Shown here: positions 21,601-25,162 of the stretch, piece after piece
Layout: the number at the start of each line of letters is the position of its first letter
Numbering within the stretch: the stretch's first letter is position 1
From: Pseudomonadota bacterium
GTDB lineage: Bacteria; Pseudomonadota; Alphaproteobacteria; Caulobacterales; Parvularculaceae
Direction of reading: 5' to 3'
Assembly: GCA_039197915.1 (NCBI GenBank)
Contig: JBCCTV010000001.1
Coordinates: 5,140 to 69,139 of the forward strand
Length of the DNA stretch: 64,000 nucleotides
Position numbers and translations under genes: made by a program
Notes under the pieces: model-generated
Databases searched by the model: none
What the model was told of the DNA's origin: nothing
The model's input: only the letters and a program-made list of their open reading frames with translations

Positions 21601-22699
21601 TCGTACCGATATTTCCGTTGGCGTCGACCACGTCATACTGGACGGTCAGAACGGTAGAGCTAAAAAACCCGTTGGCGTCAGGCTCGCCCGTGGCGTCCGC
21701 CACCACATATTGAATTTGTGCATTCAATAGGAACGGGTTTTCCGGGTCCGCGACAAAGCTATAGCTGCCGTCGCCGCCCTCGCCGTTTAGGACGGTCCAG
21801 CCCTCTGGCAGGCCGGTAATTGTGGCTTGGGTCGGAACAAATCCTTCAAAGGGGATCTCAACAGAAATCTCAAACAGCCTAGTTGTTGAGCCCGTTGGCG
21901 CAAGGTCCGGAGAATCGGCAAAAATCAGATCCGAACCTTCCGTGCCGGAAACGCTCTCAACCGCGCTTTGGGCGGCGAAGCTATCGTTCGTATCGGCAGG
22001 TTCTTCTGCGGCGCCCCCTTCGATCCGCGCGCCGCCTCCCGGCAAAGCTTCGACCGATTGCGCCGTAACGCCGAGCAAGCGGACCGTGATATCTGAAACG
22101 CCAAGATCAAAGACGCTCTCATTATCTTCCGTCTGGGACGAGGGGCCAGCGGCCGCTTCGTTCGAGCGGAAGCGATTGCTAAATTGCGCGAGGTTCTCTT
22201 CAATCCGGGAGCTGATGTCCTGGCGGTCGCTGCTGCCTTTTTCAGGATCAATAAAGTCGAGCTCGGCCGCTTTTGGGGCTTCAACCTCGACGATTACCTC
22301 CGAAACAGATTGGTCCTGCGCCGACCCATCTTTATCTTCAGAACCCTGCTTTTCACCTGAGGTAAAAGTGACCTCGACGACTTCCGTCGCCTCGATTTCG
22401 CCGATACGAGCCAGCAGCTCCTGGGCGGAAAGGCCTTGCGTGCCGAACTGCAGGTAGAGGTCGTCGTCGGTAACGAGATCAAGTCCAGCGCCGAGCAAAA
22501 TGACCTGGGACCCGTCCGGAAACTTGATGATGATGTCGACGTCGACGACTTCGATTTTGACGTCTTCGATCTCGAACCCGAACTGCGCGTCGCGACCCTC
22601 TAGGCGATAGGCTTTGGTCTCGCCAGCCGCAGGCTTGTCGATACGCACAGAAGGCTTGTCGGTCGCCTCGTTTTCGGGAGTTGGCGTCGTTTCAGACAT
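3644..22699 (-). CDS. Giant RTX (repeats-in-toxin) calcium-binding T1SS substrate, 6351 aa
   Basis: One uninterrupted ORF of 19,056 nt. It contains hundreds of GGxGxDxUx nonapeptides. A non-RTX N-terminal region spans ~410 aa. The non-RTX acidic/hydrophobic C-terminus (...LYTFEDGFSTTIAELTVAVA) is typical of uncleaved T1SS secretion signals. HlyD, TolC and ABC genes are adjacent. Confidence 0.95.
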   Translation of the reverse strand: MSETTPTPENEATDKPSVRIDKPAAGETKAYRLEGRDAQFGFEIEDVKIEVVDVDIIIKFPDGSQVILLGAGLDLVTDDDLYLQFGTQGLSAQELLARIGEIEATEVVEVTFTSGEKQGSEDKDGSAQDQSVSEVIVEVEAPKAAELDFIDPEKGSSDRQDISSRIEENLAQFSNRFRSNEAAAGPSSQTEDNESVFDLGVSDITVRLLGVTAQSVEALPGGGARIEGGAAEEPADTNDSFAAQSAVESVSGTEGSDLIFADSPDLAPTGSTTRLFEISVEIPFEGFVPTQATITGLPEGWTVLNGEGGDGSYSFVADPENPFLLNAQIQYVVADATGEPDANGFFSSTVLTVQYDVVDANGNIGTTTASTQVVQAIVDSPEDMVFVDALTGDQVVVLPVNPPGNTISAGGGDDTIVAGIGADQINGGAGDDIASYELSDAPVRINLVAGEITGGYADGDALTSIEGVVGSEFNDSLTGDAGANFFEGLGGADQIDGGGGLDTASYQRSDEAVSINLGTGDFVGGDATGDTLTNIENIEGSAFDDFIVGDGGANSLLGGAGDDTLGGAGGADTLDGGEGSDLVDYTLATAAVGLDLAAGAGFAGEADGDVVTAIEEILGSAFDDTLLGDGADNRFVGGSGSDILRGAAGSDTLDGGVGDDTIDGGLGSDSLSGGVGVDVLDFSTLLTAVNADLGAGTASAGLEGGDVDTLSGFENIDGSQFDDTLKGDAGENTLRGGAGDDGLEGGQGADLLDGGAGLDRTDYFSSSAAVSVDLAAQLATGGDANGDTLISIEGVGGSAFNDTLLGDDEANELRGAQGNDTLVGAGGADTLDGGDGVDTVDFAASVVGVNVNLTTGFGAGGDAAGDVYANLEIIIGSDFNDTLVGDGENNQLFGGEGDDSLEGGAGVDVISGGAGFDIASYAGSASGVVVDFNTGVGSGGDANGDTFFDVEALVGSAFNDRFVGDASDDDLRGEGGDDTLIGEDGDDTLSGGAGADQLRGGAGADVIDGGSGIDTIDYSGGAVAVDVNLELQTATGGDADGDTFLNIENVIGTSSADRLRGTDDANALTGGAGNDTLIGLLGADVLDGGAGLDLADYSDSETAITVDLANNIGLGGDADGDTLTNIENIRGSDFNDNIFGDVRSNVLEGGDGNDSLDGAFGADSLLGGDGEDTLVGGASADTLDGGEGRDAVSYITSNAGVSVDLSLLTGVGGDADGDVLISIEDVTGSNVGDTLIGDNGADGDILDGAGGDDTLSGLGGDDTLLGGGGDDTLSGGQGADSLDGGIGQNVVSYAGSGLAVTVNIDAQSASGGDADGDTLVNIQGVIGTDFNDLLIGDENENTLSGGEGDDSLEGGAAADTIDGGIGSDTVNYTGSLVGVNVNLATETGLGGDAQNDVLISIENVEGSALGDTLIGNGAVNVLTGGDGADILEGGAAGDSIVGGDGLDTASYAGSNASVNIDLLNNTNTGGHANGDTLDSIENLTGSAFRDTLYGDNTGNRIDGGASDDLIFGRGGADSLIGGLGENTLTGGLGADTLDGSLGIDIASYTDSGVGVNVDLLNSVGQFGAAALDEYIDIEGVIGSDFSDTLTGDNENNTLSGGDSNDTLIGLGGADSLVGGDGVDLVDYRSSGVGVNVNLQARVGVGGDAQFDTFDSIENVQGSNSSDTLIGDSEQNVLTGNDGADLLSGGAEDDTLLGGENADTLIGGEGADVTDGGGGIDTVSYETSDAAVSVDIENDAATGGHATGDTFSNIENAIGSNFNDTIIGDSEENVLQGRGGNDSLDGAGGNDTIFGEAGSDTLVGSLGADSLDGGSAFDTVDYSGSGAAVFVDLQNGFGLGGFAEGDEYVSIENAIGSDGNDTLIGTISLNNLSGGQGADLIEGGAGADTIDGGADNDTVTYRNSGGGVTVDISGPGFTSGGDADGDVLIEIENIEGSLQEDVLTGDGDANILTGLAGVDTLIGGGGADTLDGGSQNDILQGGADGDELIGGGGQDTASYADSSVGVNVNLTTNVAQFGSAAGDTFSSIENLTGSANADTLTGDDESNTLAGGGDNDILAGLAGADFLSGGGGVDTADYGASGGAVSVNLSTGVGLGGDAAGDTYSEIENVIGSGGADSVVGNLEANNLAGGGGADTLRGGANGDVLTGGGENDVLEGGAGGDNIDGEGGDDLASYESSNAGVDINLLLSTWSGGHADNDTLANIEGVIGSAFSDTLTGDDTNNTLIGGASADTLRGNDGADLLTGDGGADSLIGDAGVDTLEGGEGADTLIGGAGADRLDGDIGIDTVDYTGSSAVRVFLSSGAGFDGDADGDQFISIENIIGSGNGDSLVGDNFVNNIQGAGGADTIEGGAGADTLDGGSESDTLSYQGSASAVSVNLATGAVSGGDASGDIISGFENLRGSAGADTLIGDADDNVLEGLGSDDIFDGGGGADRLDGSSGVDTADYRLSGAGVSIDLELNTAAGGLAADDTLISIENILGSANADTITGDSLANRFEGGQGADALSGGGGADVLLGGGDNDTIEGGSGGDLLDGGGEEDTVTYAQSSQGVNVSLRTGAASGGDATGDTLTNFENLTGSAAGDTLEGSDTANDIFGGGGSDIILGAGGADSIDGEGGADTIEGGQGADTLIGGADTDTISYASSNAGVNVDLANNIASGGDAAGDVIDGFENIIGSGLDDTLTGDSLVNRIEAGDGEDFIVGGAGADQIIGGEGSDTASYAASNDRVVIDLENDTAAFGHAAGDDLDEIENLIGSGFNDELTGDAQRNALTGNAGQDTLDGGDENDTLDGGGDNDLLIGGSGADSLVGGGGIDAIDYSASFGAVQIDLAAGTGASNDAQGDTIEGVEQVIGSGFGDSLSGDSLGNTLIGGEGNDTLAGRAGADSLDGQGGDFDIADYSASTAVNIDLGAGTASGGDAAGDTLTSIEGAFGGAGNDTLVGSSAQNRLEGRGGDDILRGLGAADTLDGGEGVDTADYTGSVGGVTVNLVDGTGAGGDAQGDTLIDIENVTGTEAADLLIGNTRDNILIGAGGVDQLRGGGGADTLDGGADGDTLRGGEGGDSLIGDAGVDTAEYVGSTAGVNVNLDANTASGGDADGDTLTGIENLLGSGLSDTLTGDSLDNRLEGAGGADTLSGLDGNDTLDGGGEADTADYSASTAAVTANLASNAASGADIGNDSLVSIENIIGGDGADTLRGQSGANRLEGGDNADELRGEGGNDTLLGQEGADLIFGGEGQDSIDGGEGDDTASYAGSTAVDIDLAAGTGTFGDADGDTLAGIERVIGSGENDTIAGDSLSNTLEGGGGADQLIGREGGDTLLGNAGEDTLEGGAGADSLNGGGGVNTAVYTGGADGIQIDLALGTGLGGDAQGDTLTNIQNVLGSDGDDLLAGDGGANELFGDLGADTLIGGAGADSLDGGGNIDLADYSGSTSGVVLSLLSGLGTNGDALGDTLTEIENVTGSEQNDQITGDGEANVIRGLGGGDVLTGLGGDDEIRAGAGADTLAGGSGADTLDGGEGFDIVDYSASADPVSVNLGTGVVSGGDADGDVLISIEEVIATTGNDTLIGNSLGNELRGGDGDDSLVGGAGNDTIFGEGGNDTLVGEAGADILDGGGDNDFVSYESAGGAVSVFLDTGRAIDDGGAQDTLTDIENVLGSGFNDAIRGNLEANILSGGGGADTIFGFEGVDQISGGGDNDVLRGGADGDIIDGGGGIDTADYTASGAVRVDLSDNLQNAFGDAQGDVLTQIENIIGSGGNDTLTGDSLDNSLDGSAGADLLAGGEGADTLFGNSGTDTATYAASDDAVTINLGGNTASGGHADGDVLTEIENLIGSDFADQLTGDSLDNSLAGGDENDTLIGGAGADTLNGGGGDDWVDYALSAAVNVDLTGGGIGGDAQNDVYTDIENAAGSESNDTLSANAGTNVLLGRGGDDILSGGIGSDTLEGGANADTLIGGSAGDSLDGGDGLDTASYEGAAAAVSVNLATGVATGGDAADDTLTSIENLIGGNNNDTLIGDSLANRLDGSASNDLLEGGEGADTLVGGDGIDTADYSNSAAGVNVQLTIGNFGAGGDAAGDRLELIENIIGSGSTDTLIGDGNINRLQGGGDNDLLIGGAGADSLEGDSGIDTARYTGSAGAVNINLETGAGLGGDAEGDFLDSIEILEGSNTGDTLIAANTGSTLRGEGGGDILTGGTVADLLEGGAGIDTLRGGLGADTLDGGGTLNDVADYANSTADLVIDLSNNANNAGAEAAGDILTNIEFVIGGEGADTIVGNGARNDLSGGQDDDVLRGGADADTLRGGAGSNTASYEGSGAVSVNLDTGVHFGNDATGDVLIDIQNLIGSSNGDDLTGDDNVNSIDGGDGADTLEGAGGADALDGGEGIDVATYRTAGSGVTASLAVGAVGANDDAAGDTFTDIEILEGSGFDDSLTTSAAGNELRGMAGNDTLTGAAGADTLLGGDDNDSLLGAGDNDSLDGGAGNDTLDGGAGVDTLLGGLGADIFFTGTGADSLDGGDNFDIVDYSAETVDITATLGGVGTGGAAEGDTYTNIEGIIGGSGADRLVGDGFENSLEGGLGNDTLIGGANGDTLDGGDDIDVVDYSGLTIGVSVDLSQERGFAGDAADDTIIDVENVIGSEAADTIVGDALANVLTGGGGNDTLEGGGEADTLEGGAGRDMADYQNAGPGLVVNLANAALNTGEALGDTYSSIEDLRGSDNDDTLDGNTAANRIFGGEGADVIDGGEGNDSLFGQDGDDTLFGNIGTERLEGGEDTDTVDYSNSTTGVIAFLNGTTGSGGFAAGDRLFDIEVLIGSDESDQLSGTGGVETLIGGDGDDIFRGFGGADSIDGGIGDDVVTYSNSGVGVTVDLQNEFGLGGEAEGDTLVSIESAVGSSGSDSLLGTVGENTLTGGQGNDTIRGNTGNDSIIGGEGLNQLFGDAGDDTIVGDRNNDLIEGGLDNDIITSGEGSDTIDGGEGDDDISAGDENDTVIGGEGNDTINGGADNDSLQGDAGDDEIIGGEGLDIIRGGADNDSIDGGNSNDQLFGDEGNDTILGGSGDDDIFGGEGDDSLIGGANNDDFQGDLGSDFIDGGTGSFDDIDYGSLSLAVIVDLVAETGVSGVDTDTLRGIERVYGTSLGDNITGNGANNRLEGRDGDDTLQGGAGSDVLVGGAGIDTADYSDSGAGVEIDIAGNIERFGTAAGDDLSGIENLIGSTLGDTLRGSTASNTLEGGDGDDILDGGAGANADEYRGGAGDDIVDFQSSGSGVSITLSEGATGAGGDAAGDRFFGIEGIDGSDFNDNLVGDTLENTLRGFDGFDTLIGGDGDDNLDGGRDADTIEGGAGADNIAGGQGADLITGGIGSDTITGGDEDDNIDGGADADDIDGGRGMDTIIGGAGANTLRGGDDDDLISGGADGDDIDGGSGLDTVDYSGSGSAINVDLGANTATGGDATNDTLVSIEAIIGTAQNDTLAGNTENNRLEGRGGADAFTSSVGADTIDGGTEIDSLTYVGSNDGVTVRLDGTASSGGHAQGDIVSGIERLTGSNFNDSLIGIGGAQTLDGGALDDVLVGGAGADSLIGGGGNDTADYSSAGGSVVASLFAGGGTVGDAAGDVFNGVENLRGSNNFDTLVGDDNENILEGGEAADVLEGRGGADTIDGGGGLDTASYANASGAVTIDLDAQTATGADGNDSLVSIENVIGSSANDTITGSAGGNNINAGGGNDLINASAGADTIEGGTGDDTVDYSGSPTGVNLVIRLDGTASSGGHAQGDVLSGVDTVIGGDADDLIFGTPTAQALFGGEGADTLVGGDDADTLDGGGGIDWASYENATGPVDASLAAGGGTVGHASGDTFNEIENLRGSNFADTLTGDGNANTLEGGGGADSLVGGGGLDSLLGGADGDILEGDAGSDTLRGEGGNDTLRGGADGDLLDGGANDDTVDYGSESGDLDVDLGTGVTSLGDTLTSIENIVSGTGNDTLVGSSANNRIEGGSGADRLTGLGGVDTLIGGLGADTLVADAGGGDSLDGGGQIDTVDYSSVGSGVDIDLGGETSSLGDTLIAIENALGGSGNDTLTGSGLANSLAGGGGADVLEGGSGGDTLRGEGGNDTVRGGADADDLDGGGEIDTLDYAASTGGVTINLGTNSASGGDAAGDTIAGFENVIGSNTAGDTLTGDGNANLLEGLGGNDSLTAVGGDTLRGGDGNDTLVGDGDANRFEGGANDDIIDTNGGADIALGEGGDDRFIIDTGLIDLTNAQINGGADTDTVDLESPTPSIVSDLGLFDILTDIEIIDVRGPNLTADFTLDVTDVQSVTDSGNALTVLVDDVSEVNVVGAATSSGDMSSMLYTFEDGFSTTIAELTVAVA
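4000..21475 (-). repeat. Coding array of ~63 diverged composite RTX modules (70-190 aa each) inside the giant gene
   Basis: Manual parsing of the translation. Each module has three parts: (D/S)Y-x2-S-x3-V-x-V-x-L; then GGDAxGD(T/V)L-x2-IEN-x2-GS-x3-D-x-L-x-GD; then 3 to ~20 GGxGxD repeats. The modules are diverged at both amino-acid and nucleotide level, and I saw no long identical DNA repeats. Confidence 0.85.
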
Positions 22700-23168
22700 C
22701 TGCAGACTTTCAAAGCGCCTTTAAGCGCGCACACAACTCACCGCCGTGCAGACGCAATTCGCCCGCACACCGGCGCCACTATTTGGAATTTTTAAGATCT
22801 CGAAGTGAACAGGTGGTTTTGAAACATGGTGAACCATCCCTTTACGGATGCTCGAAAATTGCTTGTTTATTGGGGTTTGAGGGCCTTTCTCGTCATCCGG
22901 CGTTGGGCGCCCCAACGCTCGGCAACGACGAGCGGCGGTTAACGATAAGGGTAAGGATGATCTTCGCCTAAACACGCGTGAGCAGAGGGCGCGGGCCATG
23001 GGGTTGGGTTGAGGACGTTGGGTTGAGGAAGTGGACGCGGGGGCGCGGGGCCGCGCTCGTGCGACCACGGAAGGATCCTATGGCGCTCATCGGGACAATC
23101 GACGGCGGCCCTTGCGCCTTCGTCATCCGCAAAAAAAATCGCGGCATTTGATTAAAATACCCAACGCC

Positions 23169-25082
23169 TTACCGGCGGGCGGCGCGCTCAACCTCGGTGA
23201 GTTCAAAATCAAGCTGATCGGCCAATTGCTGGGCCAAAACATTTTGGAACCGCAGGCTCGCAAATGACGCCGACATATTCTCAAACTTGTTGGCGATATT
23301 TTCTTCGCGCGCTTCCGCTAATTCCGCCTGCGCCTCGAGAAGCTCCAGAAGCGTTCTGCGACCCGCTTCAAACTGCTTAAAATAGAGGTCAATAACGCGT
23401 TCGCTCGCCTCGACCTGTTCAACGAGTATTTGGGTTTTATCGCTGCTGGTGCGCAAGACACTAATGATATTAAAGGCGTCCTGCTTCAGGAGGTTGCGCT
23501 CTTTAAGAAGTCGCTGCTCGACCTCGCGTTCGCGCGCCGCCAACTGTTTGCCGCGAGCGCGCGCAGCGCCCCCGTCATAAAGCGTCCAAGTCGCGGCCAG
23601 CATGGCGCGCCCTTCAGTGTTGAAATCCGTAACGCCCAGCAAATTATCCTGGTACCGGCCGGTGACCTCGATTGACACATCCGGCAAAAAGGTACGCTTA
23701 ACAGCCTTTAATTGGTGCCGTACGGAATTTCCTTCGCGCAGAATTGACTGCAGCAAAAAGCTCCGTGACATGATCGCATCAACGCTTTGCTCATTGAGAG
23801 CGTAGGCTTCGCCGACATCAAGGCGCGGCTCGATCAACGTTCCAGGTTCGAGGCCCGTAACCTCCCGGAAACGCCCAATCGCCTGTTCCCGGCGATTTTC
23901 AAGGTCGAGCGCTGCGGTGCGCGCCCGATCAAGGCGCGAACGCGCCCGCTTAAGCTCCGCCTCCGACGTATTTCCGCCGTCAAAACTCAACTGGACCAAC
24001 GCCACAATCCGCTCATGGGCGGCGACGTTATCGCGCGCATTTTGTAGCAACTCGCTGGTCGCTAGAAGATCAAGATAGGCCGAGATCGCCTGGAAAAGCG
24101 TGTCCTCAACAATGTCCCTAAACAGAAGATCGCGCGCTTGATAAAGCGCTTTGGTTCGTTTGATTGCCTGGGACGACCGACCAAAATCATAAATACGTTG
24201 GGTGACCCGGGCAGACGCCTCGCGGCGGTTCAAGAGATAAGTGCCGACGCCGGACTCATTATAGGTGCTTTCAAGCCCGGTCGCCCCGCTCAACTCCACC
24301 TGAGGCAGATAGGCAGCCCTAGCGCCGCCGATCGCCGCCCGACTGTCTTCGGCTTGCCAACGCGCAATTCCAATATCTGGATTATTCTTCAGAGTGTAGA
24401 TAATCACATCACGAAGGGAAAGCGCCGTGCCCGCTAAGTTTGGCGGCAAGATCAACGCATCATTGACGAAGCGCCGGCTGTTTGTCGTCTTCACCGGCGG
24501 CCGTGACAGAGCGGCCTCATATTGCTCCTCGTCGCCATCGAGCAGCGTCTCCTGTCGCTCGATCGGAATGCTCGCCGGGTCGGGCCGGTTTTTCTTTGAC
24601 CATTTTTTAGGCTTTTCATCCGCCGGCGGCGCCGGCACTTCAGCCGTTGGCTGCGTCTCCTCATATTGCGCATAACTCAATATGCTGACCAATGGCGGGA
24701 TTTCATCCATGCCGAGGGCGCCAGATTGGGGCGTGGCGTCCGCCGCTGGGTCATTAACAACACGCTCATTAAGGTCGGCACTGATATCGGCACTCGGTTC
24801 CGTCTCGCCGCCCGGCGCCGATGCATTTTTCTTAGCATTAGGTTTCGGTTCTTTAGTCCGGTCGGCCTTTTTCCCGTCGACTTGTGGTAAAGGCGGCTGT
24901 TGCAAAACAGGCCGATAAACGCTGCGCAGTTCGAGCTCGGCATAGGCGGGCGTTTGCGCGCGCACGTCAGCTGGCGCCGCCAAAAGCAACGCACACGCTG
25001 CAAAAGCAGCGCTCCGCACACCAATTAAGATGCGAGACCGAGCTGACATAGGTACCAAAAGACGTACTAACCCATACTTCAA
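23169..25082 (-). CDS. TolC-family outer-membrane channel (T1SS OMP) with a long low-complexity N-terminal extension
   Basis: 637-aa ORF. An alternative ATG at 25049 gives MSARSRILIGVRSAAFAACALLLAAPADVRA, which looks like a signal peptide. The core from residue ~220 (LSLRDVIIYTLKNNPDIGIARWQAEDSRAAIGGARAAYLPQVELSG...) has the two-repeat TolC helical pattern. It lies directly between the HlyD gene and the RTX gene on the same strand. Confidence 0.85.
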   Translation of the reverse strand: MKYGLVRLLVPMSARSRILIGVRSAAFAACALLLAAPADVRAQTPAYAELELRSVYRPVLQQPPLPQVDGKKADRTKEPKPNAKKNASAPGGETEPSADISADLNERVVNDPAADATPQSGALGMDEIPPLVSILSYAQYEETQPTAEVPAPPADEKPKKWSKKNRPDPASIPIERQETLLDGDEEQYEAALSRPPVKTTNSRRFVNDALILPPNLAGTALSLRDVIIYTLKNNPDIGIARWQAEDSRAAIGGARAAYLPQVELSGATGLESTYNESGVGTYLLNRREASARVTQRIYDFGRSSQAIKRTKALYQARDLLFRDIVEDTLFQAISAYLDLLATSELLQNARDNVAAHERIVALVQLSFDGGNTSEAELKRARSRLDRARTAALDLENRREQAIGRFREVTGLEPGTLIEPRLDVGEAYALNEQSVDAIMSRSFLLQSILREGNSVRHQLKAVKRTFLPDVSIEVTGRYQDNLLGVTDFNTEGRAMLAATWTLYDGGAARARGKQLAAREREVEQRLLKERNLLKQDAFNIISVLRTSSDKTQILVEQVEASERVIDLYFKQFEAGRRTLLELLEAQAELAEAREENIANKFENMSASFASLRFQNVLAQQLADQLDFELTEVERAARR

Positions 25083-25162
25083 CAGAAGTTATCGGCTTTT
25101 AGGGTTAATCTCGCGTTATTGGTAAACGCCTGAAAACGCAGAATTTATTGAATGTGATCAAG

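Noticed and set aside
3708-22457. Dozens of plus-strand ORFs (60-230 aa, Ser/Pro/Ala-rich, e.g. 7467-8159, 3708-4352, 21822-22457) tiled across the giant gene
   Set aside because: They are antisense to one continuous 6351-codon frame that has clear RTX motifs. The GGC/GAC-rich periodic coding strand gives a stop-poor complementary strand (GCC/GTC read as Ala/Pro/Ser/Val). Their products are low-complexity with no motifs. This is an artefact of composition.
3644-22699. Strong ~27-nt and ~250-nt periodicity that could be mistaken for a satellite or CRISPR-like array
   Set aside because: The periodicity is that of a protein repeat (nonapeptides and modules) within an intact ORF. There are no identical direct repeats with unique spacers, and no cas genes.
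22681-23068. ORFs of 96 aa (plus) and 115 aa (minus) in the spacer upstream of the giant gene
   Set aside because: They overlap each other, show no RBS or motif, and have Arg/Pro/Ala-rich products. They are more likely a non-coding leader or promoter region.
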